DNA of 64,000 nucleotides, taken from the NCBI GenBank assembly GCA_964035545.1, contig OZ037765.1, forward strand, positions 15,934,995-15,998,994. The letters are read 5' to 3'. The notes beneath the pieces were generated by a model. The model did not search any database and was not told where the DNA came from. It saw nothing but the letters and a program-made list of their open reading frames with translations. Position numbers and translations under genes: made by a program. Positions within the stretch are counted from its first letter, which is position 1; each line of letters begins with the position of its first letter. The DNA is from Bugula neritina. Taxonomy: Eukaryota > Animalia > Bryozoa. Positions 13,001 through 25,305 of the stretch are shown one piece after another.

Positions 13001-13382
13001 GGGTTGGCTCGGAGTTAGTATATTGATACAGCTTGCTTAACATGGTTTGTTTGGTAACTCCAGCTCCTGTCAGTTTGTAGGGGATAGTTAGGACCCTGGG
13101 TCAAGGTGATCATCTGCCGGTGCTCCGCAGTCTAGGATGTTGAGCTAGCACTCACTAATACACCCTAACGCATTTTATTGTATTCAAACGCATCTATTCT
13201 CTCCTGTCCACAAATTTCAATCACTCAATTTACTTGATCTTCGATTCTGCAATTCCCCAATCTCTCTCATAAAGACTCTGTTTTATATCTGTCATACACA
13301 CAGACTGCACCCACACTATATCTATGTTTATGTAAATATCATAGAGTTGTGCACCCCTCATACACGCAAAAGCAAGAGGAGA
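10067..13382. repeat. ~76 bp inverted repeat pair (10067-10142 and 13308-13382) bracketing the kinesin-5 pseudogene
   Basis: revcomp(10067-10142)=cacccacactatatctatgttgatgtgaatattatagagctgtgcaccccatcaatcacgcaagagcaagaggaga; 13308-13382=cacccacactatatctatgtttatgtaaatatcatagagttgtgcacccctcatacacgcaaaagcaagaggaga (~8 differences). Confidence 0.85.
10143..12904 (-). pseudogene. KIF11: Intronless, frameshifted kinesin-5 (KIF11/Eg5/BimC family) processed pseudogene
   Basis: Contiguous pieces: [110 protein letters not shown], coiled-coil stalk, BimC-box remnant DIAEYQS*GSTP at ~10145-10175. About 2760 nt (~920 codons) with no introns and many stops/frameshifts. Confidence 0.9.
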
Positions 13383-13425
13383 TAACTACAACTAGGTTAA
13401 AAACCTGATACAACAATATTAATGC

Positions 13426-13700
13426 TATCCCTCATTCACACTTGCCGTACCCTACACCGTAACAGCTAGCATCTGCCATTTTTACAAATGCCTGAGCTTC
13501 TTGTACGGCGTTGTGGCACGTTAGCATTAAGCACCGCTTGATTCAAACAAGTTGCAGCGGGATCCTATTGGATATAATTGTCCAATGAAGTGTCGTAGAT
13601 CGTACCTAATATCGAACTTTTAAAACTTCAGTCTGGACACGTTAAAATGGCTGATATTTTACGTTACGGCCAACGGTACAGCAAGTGTGAATGAGGGATA
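13426..13700. mobile_element. MITE with ~20-25 bp terminal inverted repeats
   Basis: tatccctcattcacacttgccgtac ... gtacagcaagtgtgaatgagggata; 275 bp, non-coding. Confidence 0.75.
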
Positions 13701-13806
13701 AGAGTCTTACTTTCAGTTATTGCAAGTTGCCAATGGTAATGTCAGTAGTAATTGTTGGTCTGTGTATCTATAAGTATTAAAAATTAAATTGACAGTAATC
13801 AGTAAT

Positions 13807-14011
13807 AACCCCTGCAAGTTTACAGTTGCTATCCCTGTGAGAAACCCCTGATGAAAAGGTTTTTTGTTAATCGGGCTAAGGACTCATTCAGATGAGGCAC
13901 AGGAGCAATTATGCTCTTCCTAACATCACCAAGGGCCTTTGTCGGGGTTTGAACCCATAAATTCGTGCTTACTAGGCAACTGCTCTGACCCCCTAGACCA
14001 CAGCTGCTCCC
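13807..14011 (-). mobile_element. tRNA-derived SINE with perfect 18-bp target-site duplication
   Basis: Minus strand begins gggagcagctgtggtctagggggtcagagc (A-box-like) ... ggttcaaacccc (B box). Flanked by direct repeat ttgacagtaatcagtaat at 13789-13806 and 14012-14029. Related copy at ~50935-51050. Confidence 0.85.
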
Positions 14012-14144
14012 TTGACAGTAATCAGTAATGTTATACTTATATTGATATTTGATATTCATCACGATCATAATCAAGTTCAATTAGTAGAACTATAAGTATT
14101 ACTACTAGACTTAATATTAGTATTAATATTACTACTAGTACTAG

Positions 14145-14673
14145 TGTAGTAGTTTTGTGGGTAGAATGAAATTAAGTGGGGAACATAACTCAGATATAGA
14201 AGAAACAAGGTAAGGTTGTAGTCTTGAGAGAAAAAATCTTTATTGTAGTATCAAAATAGTATGTGTAGTTAAGTTTGTATCCTGCAAGCTCCAGTGGTAG
14301 ACTGATCTACTCTGTGAGCTTGCCTTTTTATATACAGGGACAAAGCCCCTTCTGGAAACTTCTATACCGACAATCTGTCGCGCTTTCCGACATCGAAATA
14401 TGTTCTGACTTTCGGCCGGGATTGACTTACATAATTAAAAACAATTGCCACAAAGAAATTTTCCCTACAAGCTTAACAACAATTACAATACTTAGGGCAT
14501 TAGAAGCTACCCCAAAAGCTTAGCTATAATTGAAGGCATTCCAAAGTTATGCCAAGAGTTTAGTTATAATTACAGCATTCAAAAAGATACGCCGTAAGTA
14601 ATTATAATACTGAAGCACATAGCTACTAGAACTTTACAGAACATAGTAGTGGCAACTCTCAAAATACATTACA
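14145..14673 (-). mobile_element. Solo LTR (Gypsy-type, 4-bp TSD)
   Basis: TGTAGT...ATTACA termini, CTAG duplicated on both sides (14141-14144, 14674-14677). TATA-like tatataaaaagg upstream of aataaa on the minus strand. Confidence 0.7.
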
Positions 14674-17059
14674 CTAGCAACTAGCAAGTCACAGTTAAAG
14701 TGTGAATCACTGTGATTATGATCTGACGATAAATAATAAATTGATCACATTCGCAGTCACTTGATGTTGTCACTCACACTGACTGCATCAGCATAGGCAT
14801 TGTGATTGTATTTGTCATTGTGATGACAGTCTCGGAGACTCATAGTCATACTGATACTCATAGTCATTCTGATTGAGGGTATAGCATTAGCTAAGAATCT
14901 AAGATTAAGAGTAATACTTATACTAATAGTAATACTTATAGTTATAGTTAATGTTATACTATTACTATTAGTATTACTATTAGTATTAGTAGATAATATA
15001 GTCGCTACCGCGATTCCACGTCACAAGCCTTAGGTTACCAACTTAAAATCTGGACACTGAAATGCGCACGAGCGCGCACGAAGTCTGTTCAGAAAATCAT
15101 GAATATCTCCAAAACTATTTGAAGTATCTCAACAAACTAAACTGCAACAAAATTATGAGAGAGCCCAGGCTATAGCGCATTAGCATACTCATTCGGTCTC
15201 CTCATCTTTCGTGAGTATACACATGTTGAAAAGTAGTCTTATTGTTTGACGAATTTCTCTTTGCCACTTTCTATTTAAGTTTGAAAATGTAGCGTATTTA
15301 GTAGAGGAAAATGTCAGGATTTCAAAAATGTATAATTTTCTGTGCAAAATAGCTATTACTGCCTAAATATTTCAATTTTATTTAGTCTATTACAGTAAGT
15401 TAGGCGGCAATATAGTTAACCAATCATATGCGGTTGAGGCAAATCGGCCAATAAGAATACGGTATAAATAAACATCCACGTGGTAGTTGCAGCTCAGTTA
15501 CTCAACATTTGCACTCATAGCTCATTTGTCTTTATAACAATTCAATTTAATGATTAATTTGATGTTAAACCTGATGATTAATTTGATATTTTATATTGAT
15601 ATTTCACTATAATATATAATTACTTAGTCTAAATTTATACTTGTAGTTATGACTCACTCTAGTGATTAGTAATTTGATTTCTAATTCCTGTATAACTATA
15701 ACTGAGTAACCAGTTTGAGTTGGGGTTACAGTTTGACTTGCTATGAGTATGAGTATGACACTTGGCTTAACCTTTTAGCATTTGCTCATGTAGTGGTAAA
15801 GCTTTGCAAAGCTACCCTCTTCTGTTCAACTTGAGATTGAATATATCTTTATTGTACATTTTATTTAGTTGGATATAAACCTGTAAGTGTAAGACGTAAG
15901 TGAATCTTTTAGTATTATTTATATATTCATTCATTATCGAGTTTCAGTGTGGCAATTTATTCAAGTGAAAATTGATGCTGACAACCAACACAATGATAAT
16001 TTTGGTATCAATTTTACAGCTATACAAAAATGTTTTTCCAAAATGTCGGTCATAGTGGCTATAACATATTGAATAGCAGTTGGTTTACTTCTGTAGCCAT
16101 CATTTCTTCACAGCTAGTTTGACATTCATTTCCTTGATATCACACCTGATTCTTTGTCAATTATGACTTTCTATCTAGAAATTAAATAGAAATTGTTATT
16201 AAAGATAAACAAGTTATACCAAAATAAAATTTTAATATATTACTAGTTATTTTTATGAAAATATGCTGTTATAAAAGCTGCTTCTCAGTTAAAAATTGCA
16301 TATTTAAATGGTGTGTTTTTTCTGCACATTTAGTCAAGCTCTGTTAACCATAGCTGCATCTGTATCTCTGCGCTGCATTAGTATTGATTGATGTTGGAAG
16401 TTGATATTCTTATTGCTGGCTTTCTAATTGTGTTCTTCATTATCTAAAATATCCAGTTGTAAATCAACTGTCTTATTATAAATATATGGTATGACTTTTT
16501 GCATCAGTATAATACCAGTAACTTTATTACTTTATTGTAATAGTATACTCAGGCTCATCTGTCTGGGCACATCTAATTGTTGCTAATAATTTAGTATAAG
16601 GACACCAAGTTGAGATATATATGAATTAGAGTATATATAATTGTAAACTTGAGGGCAAGTGGTGTACCTCAGGTCTATACTTTATTATTTTATGTGATTG
16701 TTATGTGATAAGTCTAAGAAAAGCAACCCATTGTATTTTTTCTTGTTATCCTTACCTCACTCTTTGCAGTACACATTTTTACTGTTGGTGTTTGTGACGT
16801 TACGTCCTGAGTACCGTCCTTGTGTTGGCTATTTTTAGTGTGTTATATATGACTCAACGTCACCATCTAGTCTCCTCTTTGCACTGAGTTGGTAATGCTG
16901 CTATTGCAGTATCCTCTTGTGTCTCTAAGTGACTTTTTTCTTGAATAACCTGAAAAATAATAGACATAATATAAAAAAAAAATTTGTGATGGATCACACT
17001 AATTTCCCTTTATCCAGACATGTATTTTTATGCTATTTTGCTCATTTTTGAAAACTCAC

Positions 17060-17320
17060 TAAATTATCTAGTATTAGCATCACTATTACTGTTAGTATTA
17101 GTAATACTATTAGTATTACTATTAGTATTAGACTTAGTATTACTATTAGTATTATTATAAGTATAACCATAAGATTAAGTAACAATATCTTAATAATCAT
17201 AATAATAATATTAAATTTAATCATAACGATATTGTCATTGATAATCATTATCATTAGTCTTAGATAATATTGATCATTATGATTATCATTATGATTATCA
17301 TTATGATTAGCTCATTGACA
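17060..17320. repeat. Low-complexity (TAGTAT)n/(ATCATT)n tract
   Basis: Tandem tagtattactat and atcattatgatt units; explains the spurious Ile/Leu-rich ORF 17042-17254. Confidence 0.75.
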
Positions 17321-18590
17321 TTTATGATTTACAATGAGTATGTCTATAGAAAACCGTGATTTGGTAAACTTACTGAGCACGAATTAAATTCGCTTTTTAA
17401 AATATAATTAATGTGAAAATTTGAAGCAATTTGCAACGATATAATTAAATAAGATTATTCCTTTCAGTTTTAGCTAATCGCAATTAATTTATTATAATAA
17501 TTACTATAAATGGGATTCAGGGCAAAAGTCATCACAAAAAAAGAAAGACAACTCTACGGACACCAACCGTGAACTTCGTTATAACGCTAGAACTTTATAA
17601 ATTTTTGCGGTTTTCTTGTGAAAATATAGTTGGAAAGAAAGTGGAACTTGGGCAAAGAGCAAGCAGGGGACTGGGCTTTACTACTTGATGAGTATTATTA
17701 TTACTAATCAGCTATAAAATAGTATAAATACAGGTTAATCGAGATCTAATAATGATTATATCTTCAATATTTTAAATGCCATACCTACTTTGACAAAAAG
17801 TAATGGGCACCACGAGTGATGAGCAGCTCTCAACCCGAAGAATGTTTTAAATTGGTGTCATCCTAGATCAGGAGTGTCCAACTTTTTCAGAGTGAGTGTC
17901 AGTGTCACTGAAAGGGAATATTTCGGTGGCGAGGGTCACATTGTAAACTTCAGCTTGAGCTGGGGGGGGGCACAACATCAGTATTTTTCTAATTACGGTA
18001 ATGGGGTAATTTTAGTAAATTTAACGGTAATTTATTCCAAATTCTCATACATCATTACACAATAGACCCTTTTCACAAGTCTCTCTAGGGGCCATTTGTA
18101 TAATTTTGAAGTTGTCTCCTCCCACCGGGCCGCGGGGGGGGGGGGGAGGGGGAGGAGTCTCCATAATATATAGACGGCACATAAAATCAGTAGAAATTTA
18201 AGGTTTGTGTGAAGACTATTGCTAGTAGGAGTTTCATTGTTTCTGAGATTAATATTTTGGCATAAGCACACATATTAGTAGTTTGAAAAAATTTTAAAAA
18301 AATTGTTTTTGATTAATTTGACAAAACATAAACTTCAAAGCATTTTTGTTATTGGTTTTGGTTATTGAGCGATGCTGAAGCTTGCAGTTGTCATATAAAT
18401 TCCACTAATCATTTGTTTTGCTGGCTATCATCACTCTATTTAGAGCTGTTAACTTATTAACTCTTGGGATAGTAATAACATACTCATCTTACACAATATA
18501 GGTACGCTAGTCAACTCTGTCTTACTAAAATCTAAATGATCCAAATTATAAGTTGGAACACATGCCTGTAGTTTATGAAGGCACTGGCTC

Positions 18591-19880
18591 ATACTTCGAT
18601 ACTTCGACTTTAGCACACGCTAGATCACCATAAGGCGCAAGAGGCGTGCCTCAGCAGCTTGTTACAATACATTTGACATAGAATTATAACTGTATTTGCA
18701 TACATTATGCATTTTAAATTTGGTAATTGTAGTACCTTTCAGGTTATCATTTATCAAGTATTTAGGGAGTTCCAATTCTTAGGTCTCTAATAGTGCGCGG
18801 TAGGAAGCTGTTATGATATGCTGTGCACATGGCAGATATCGCAGTTGGTATTCCGTTAGAGGCAGCCCTCGTGGTAACCGTAGCGGTTGACTTGTCCCTT
18901 GTCAGTTCAGTGTAGCTGGAAGATAATGCCTGATGACATTCTTCTTTGGACAAGATCTTCAAAAGGAGGGTTATTCGTAGGCTTTTGCGACGATCTTCCA
19001 GTGATGATATGTTGAGTTGTTCTCTTGCATCACTGATGCTAGCCTCCCGGCCTTTGAGACAGCAGATGAATCTAATAGCTCGGTTCTGGACTAACTCAAT
19101 TTCCTTCACAAGTTGCTTTGTTACAGGATCCCAAGTGGTTGCAGCGTATTCTAGTATAGGTCTGCAGAGAGTCATATATGCCAGCAGCTTTGCTTTCTTG
19201 GGAGCTCCATAGAGGGATAGCTTTAGCATGCCAAGAACCTTGTATGCTTTGTTTATTTTCTTATTTATGTGGCTGTGAAACTTGAGGTTAGATTGTAGTG
19301 TAACTCCAAGGTAGGTAATCTCATCTACGTAGGGCAATGTTTCTCCCCCTAGTCGATATGATGGTTGAATTTGGGGATCTTTGCCAAATGACATGATTCG
19401 GCATTTTGAGGAGTTGAACGGCATCTTCCACTTCAGAGACCAATTCTCAATCTGTTCAATATTCTTTTGGAATTTTCGGACATCATCTAGGGAGTCTACC
19501 TCTTGAAAAATCAGTGTGTTATCAGCAAATAAACTGACACTGCAACTTAGTAGATCAGGGAGATCATTGATGTAAAGAAGGAATAGGGTGGGCCCCAGGA
19601 CAGAGCCCTGTGGAACGCCAGAAAAGACTGGTAATCTACCAGAAGAGTGGCCATCTATGATTACTTGCTGCTCTCGCTTTGTCAAAAAATTCTGGAGCCA
19701 TCGGAGTATGTGAGGATTAATTCCATCAACGACGCTTAACTTATGTATGAGTAGCTTGTGGGGGACTTTGTCGAAGGCCTTCTGGAAGTCGAGGACAAGA
19801 GCATGAGTGGTGTGAGAGTTGTTCATTGACCTGGCAATTTCATGGAGGGTTCCACAAAGCTGTGTTTCGCAGGACATCAT
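18591..19880 (-). mobile_element. 5'-truncated non-LTR retrotransposon (CR1/L2-group-like LINE); open RT + C-terminal ORF and 3' UTR
   Basis: ORF 19880-18762: SCETQL, LDFQKAFDKVPH, SGVPQGSVLGPTLFLLYINDLP, LFADNT (YADD site), YLGV, RPILEYAATTWDP. The 3' UTR ends with a stem-loop (gcacgc...gcgtgt) and a short aagt(at)cg tandem tail at ~18591-18612. Confidence 0.9.
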
Positions 19881-20425
19881 CTGAATTAATTTTCATGTTC
19901 ACGTACTTACACACCTATACTAGGCCTAACTAACTAGGCCACCCCATTATTTAATATTTTTACCAAAAATATTGTCACAAATATAAAGATATATGTATTA
20001 AAATAGATGAAATAAATTTGTAATATCAAACAATATCTCATCTAAAAATGTCAAACACAGTAGGTATAAATTGCTTTAAAAGCATTTGTTTACATGGCAT
20101 GTCTGCAAGTCACTGAAAGTATTTAGAGACCTCCCCACTTTTCTATCTTGTACCAAATCTAAACATTGATCAAATGTAATGTTAGCATTTTGAGATCTTC
20201 TGGTAGTCTGAGAAGGTGTCCGGGCCATCTTACTTTTTATGTTCTTATGGTATTTGACCAAAGTTTATGCCATGGTTTCTTGTATAGCTCATCATTACTG
20301 AACTTTTGAGGCCATCTCACCCTCAAGATCTTACAAAAGAGGTTTCCGTAGCATACATCGATGTTATCCCTTTTGTCTTATGTGATTGACCATAGTTCAC
20401 AGTTATTGTATTGTTGGGTTGACCT

Positions 20426-20503
20426 AGCACCCTTGTGGTGTAATTCGTTAGCGTGCCTACTTGCAAGCTGGAGGTCTGTGGTTCGAATCCTGGTGGTGGC
20501 AGT
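20426..20503 (+). mobile_element. tRNA-like SINE head / tRNA pseudogene
   Basis: tggtgtaattcgttagc (A box), ggttcgaatcc (B box); acceptor and anticodon stems do not pair well. Confidence 0.55.
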
Positions 20504-20815
20504 TATTTTATAGTTATAAAGAAAGATATTTCCTATTAGCACATCGAAGAGTCTCATCTTGATATCCAACCTATTTCGTTTGTATGTTAGTATTTTGCTG
20601 ATGTTGTAGGCCGCTGTTGCTAGTTTGTTGCATCTATCTATGTCGTTTTGTGTCAGGAGGATTGAGCCTATAAATATTTACACTTCTCTCACTGCTTTTC
20701 TTTTCTATTGATCATCTGTTACATCTGTTACAAATAATAACTTTAGAGTCCAAATTAGTTTAGCTCAGTTATATTTACTGTAATCAAAATGATTCTCTTG
20801 AGGCCTGTAACAGCC

Positions 20816-23800
20816 AACGGGACCTGACACTGACTCCAAAAGCATGCAACACTCGTGAAACCGAATTCCTACATAACCAGGGTCTAAATTGGTACTTCCT
20901 TCATTTAATTACAACAATAGAAGCTAGCATGTATAGTATAAGAATACATAATAACAAATAGCTACATAATACGTAATTAATGTTTTTACAATAAAACCAT
21001 GAACACCGCATTACCCCCTAATCTCATGATCACTAAGATAAAATTATTCAACATAAAAATCTGCTAGCCATTTGGGTGGTCTCCTTTCCCTGGTTGGAAA
21101 GCATACTTTCTGATTAAATTCATCACCAACGTCACCCTCTGCATCAGATTACTGCCACTGTCAGCATTTTCTTGAGTCCCCGACATGTTTATGCTTGTGT
21201 TAGCATCATTACACAACTCAACATCAACCGAGGCATACTGTCGGGCCATTGTGCATTATCTTCTGCAGATCTTATATCTGCAACATGTCGATTTATTTCA
21301 TCTACTTCCACAGCTTTGTTTTATATTAACTTTGTGAAAGTGCGTTGCCTCCACTTATTCTCACATCTATCCTTTCCTGGCTTAACATACATCTGATCAC
21401 CAAATTGGTAGGGACTAGCATGTGTCTGCATCAGTCTTTGGTCTTCTGGTCCATTTTTCTGAACAGGCTCTTCTGGTGACCCAAACTCATATCCGTACAA
21501 TGTTGTTACAGGTATAATATGTTTGCCGTTTGTAGTGTTATTATACCAGTACACCATCGTTTCAGCTCATTTTCCTGTTCTCACCACCATCTGTTTCATC
21601 GTCTATGGTTTTGTTCAACAATGTGATTACCCGCATGTCTATGTGCACAGCAAAACGCCAGTGACATACTCCAACTAGTCACAAAAACTTTCTATTTTTT
21701 TCATTCCTAAAACATAGCCCATAGTGACACAGCAGGTCTTTTGATGACCCTCTTTTCACAAATATTCTTTTGAAAAGCTTGACAACTTGCTCATCAGTGT
21801 CATTAGCTATAGGGTGCCATATTGCAAACTTACTTGGATCACAATCAATGACTGTTTAATGTGTCAGCAATCCCTCGTGTGACGAGTATGATGTCTGCTT
21901 GCAAGCCCTAGTCTGTGCCGTGATCCGTAATCCGTTCCAGTTCAAAAATCCGTAAAATCCTACTAGAGGTTGTGAGTTCTGAGGTGACTCACAAGCCCAA
22001 TTCGAGATCGGCATAATTTGCCACAGTGAGGACAAATGTTACTAGAGTCAGTCACTGGTGGGTGTGTAACAGAGCATAACTCCCTGCTTTTCCTTAACAA
22101 CCGTTTGTGCTCTCGTTTTTGGCGTTGTTGTTGTTCAAAAATCGCTGTCCCTTGATGCACAACAGTTCTCCAATTTTTTCTGTCCAAGGCCTGAACTTCC
22201 CAGGTCTGTGGTCGAATGAAACACTGCTTAAGGCTCTCGTGTTTAATATGGTCCCAATGACATAGGTCACATCCACAGCTAATCATTCCCATGCCTTCTC
22301 TACTTCTATTTCTCTATACTTCTATCTCAGAGGAACAAGGTCAATTTGTCTGCATATCTGACAAGGCATTACTATTTTTGCAACTAACTGGTCATCAATA
22401 CCAGGATGCAAATTCTTTACCAGGAAAACAGTTCTATCACCACCAAAATGGTGCCTCTTATGAAGCTGGTTAATACACCTGATTTCTTTATCTTTGCTTA
22501 AAGCAATTGCCATGAAAGCTTTTTTCACCATTTTTAAGGAATATGTGTAAGCACATTTGCTTTGTTTTTCTTTGAAGGAACAAGTTTCAAAGTTACTTGC
22601 AAGTCATACTCTGATATAAGTTGAGGGATTGTTCCAAGTCTTCATTCACCAAGTCACCATTTCATTCAAACTGCTTACTTTTGGCCTTTTAGTCTTTTGT
22701 AGAATTGACCTGACCCAACCATAAATGATGCAGAATCTGTTACTAATGCTATTGTTTTGAAATCCTATTTCAATGCCAAATTCAGTTCTTTTATCGTAGC
22801 TTCTAACTCTGCCACATTAATATCATGAGAAACATTATTAACCTGTCTCAGCCAGGCCCCATCCTCAACAATTTTATCTCTAACTTCAATACAGCAGCCA
22901 ATAGCCAAACTACTTGAATCTCACCAGACAGCACAACTTTTGCCTAAGCCAACCTTTGAAAAACCTCTAACATACCCTCTGTAATACTTCATGTATCATC
23001 TGCTTAGCTTGAGATGGCATGGTTTCCCACTATGATACACCATTTCCTTGCTTCTTAACATAGCTACGTATGCAGTTATCAGCTACCCTGAGAGCAACTT
23101 ACATTTATTTAGATTATCTGACAAAACTAGTCGGACTCCATCTCTCTGCCACACAATTAGACCATCTTCATCCTCCTTTACTCTCAAACCCAGTACTCGG
23201 CTAATATTGAAATTTTCTGGTTCTTGTATGATTAAGCCATATTTTTCCAAAAGCTGCTTTACTCCTTTTACTTGAACCACTTCCCCATTGATTCGTATAT
23301 CATCAATGTAATGATCAGTATCATCCTTTCCTTGATCATCTTGTGCTAGAACATGACTAACTTGGGTGCAACAATCAACCCAAAGCCCATCTGTGTCATC
23401 ACATATAACTGCCATTCTTCTTTCACAGTTTGAAAACAATGAATCTGTGCATTAATTTACACTTAAAGGTAACCTTTACACAGGGCTAGCAGTGATAGAG
23501 CTGTTTCCTGCTTTCTCCAACTCCAAAGCTTCTTTTGGCAAATAGCAGTATCGTGTCCGTGGTTACTCTTTATGTAACCATTAGGCTCCCAATAGTTCAT
23601 GACTGGGCGCACCTTTTTAGATTTATTAGGTTGACAAGCCGCCAAGAGGAGTATAACTCCTGTTACAGGGCCATGTTTCATCTTATTATGTAGCTCAAGC
23701 CACCCTTCTGAGATCCACTTATACACCTGTCTCATATTCTTCTAGACAATAAGGTTGCACGGCATACTCCTCACATCAATTGGTTCTTTGTTTTGCCACT

Positions 23801-25300
23801 TCCATTTAACAGGCCATACACCATTATTGAAGGCTGTAGAAAATTCAGTATCCCTAATTTCTAACTGCTCATTATTAAATTTTTTAGCAGAAGCACACAG
23901 CCGTGCACCCCAAAAAACTCTACCATTTTTGACCATAGTAACTCCACCTTATTGCTTAATTATATTAACTTTTAAGATAACTTCTGCACTATACACAAGT
24001 ATTGGTGCTGCCAAACATCCCATTCTTACTTCCACATCATTTATCAAAGGATCAATTGAAGTCTCTCCTTTACACTCAGTAGTCTGCCCATTTAACATTG
24101 GTTATGACATGCTGTGGCCTTCACAGCTTACTTTTAAGAACTTTGCACAATTTTCACTGCTTGCCTGCCGACAGCAGAGTCAGCTAGTGCTTTTAACTTT
24201 TAGGATATCTTAGACTTGTTATGTAGGTAAATGGTAACTGTTATGTTTTGTGTTTCGTTGCGATAATATGAATTTAAAGAAGCTTGTGTAGTATATGTCT
24301 GTATTAATAGAGCACTAGCAGGCAACTGACTAACAAGTAAAACAAGGATGAGTAAATACAATGACAACTGGTCATGTGGTAATAATAGGCGAGTAACAGT
24401 TTGCATAAGAAGGAATGACAAACCACTAATAAGAATATGTGTATATAATGGTAAACAAATATATGACAGAACTAAGCTGCTAGTTAGGTTATGTAATTGC
24501 AAGAGTATTTATACATATGTATCAGTAGCACCTTTTTAGTTCTTGCTGACATCTAGAAACATCCGGCGCTGGTGATTCTCCTTGTTTTTCTGTAGGGACA
24601 ATCTTTATGTAAATGGTTTTTTCATTACAGGTGTAACATCGTTCGATCATTCTCTTCTGAAACCTGCTGTTGCTATATGATCGGGGGGGGGGGGGGGGAA
24701 TTCTTGAGCCGTGTGTGTAGTCTATCCACACTTGAAACATTCTTGCTTTGGTCCAAGATGTTGAAACCTAACAGCATAGGCGAGGTCATTTCTGCTCACT
24801 GATATCATCATTTTTGCTCATGTGACAAGCTCACTGGGGTTGAAATGCTCAACATAAGCTATAGATTTTAACTAAATTTCTACATTGGATGGTAAGCCTA
24901 CCATAAAGGTAGATTTCAACAATGTATCAGCAGATTTTTACCCCACAAAAGCTATCAACCTTCACAAGTCTGCTAAGTAAACATCAACTGATTCACTTTC
25001 CTGCAACACTCTGCTTTGCAACTGTTCATAGACAGAGTAAGTGTTTAATCCAAATACACGGAGTAGTGCTGCCTTTAACTTAGTGTATTCACCTTTCTCT
25101 TCTCTACTCAATTCTTTATACACAGTAATGGCTGTCCCATCAAGAAACGATGGCAAAAATTTGTGTAAGTCACTCACTTTCTGTAGAGCTGCTACTAATT
25201 CTAACTTCTCCACCCAATCAGCAAAATCTCCTGATGTGTGATCCTCATACTTGGTAATAATATCTGAGAATTTTACTTGTGCTTTATTCCCTAGTATGCC
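20816..25300 (-). mobile_element. Decayed Ty3/Gypsy LTR retrotransposon (gag, protease, RT, RNase H, integrase)
   Basis: gag 24962-25241 (EKLELVAALQ..FLDGTAITVY..LQESESVDVYLADL) and zinc knuckle CYTCNE; RT (KKVRPVMNY, LCKGYL, HYIDDI); integrase (LHKRHHFGGDRT..CQICRQID; VYWYNNT; YVKP..RC). Putative PPT tagggggtaa and 3' LTR ~20816-21010. Confidence 0.85.
21860..22260 (-). mobile_element. RTE LINE 3' end nested in the Gypsy integrase
   Basis: WEVQALDRKNWRTVVHQG...CPHCGKLCRSRIGLVSHLRTH* (RTE C-terminal zinc finger) followed by an RTE-type 3' UTR catcatactcgtcacacgagggattgc. Confidence 0.8.
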
Positions 25301-25305
25301 AAAAT

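Noticed and set aside
17042-17254. Hydrophobic Ile/Leu ORF resembling a membrane peptide
   Set aside because: Translation of a low-complexity TAGTAT repeat.
17869-18568. Possible hAT-type MITE (caggagtgtccaactt ... aagttggaacacatgcctg)
   Set aside because: The termini match only imperfectly and there is no 8-bp TSD.
20426-20503. Functional tRNA gene
   Set aside because: A/B boxes are present but the cloverleaf stems do not pair; better explained as a SINE head.
24217-24524. Possible solo LTR inside the Gypsy gag-protease junction
   Set aside because: TG..CA ends can be chosen but there is no TSD and no second copy in the window.
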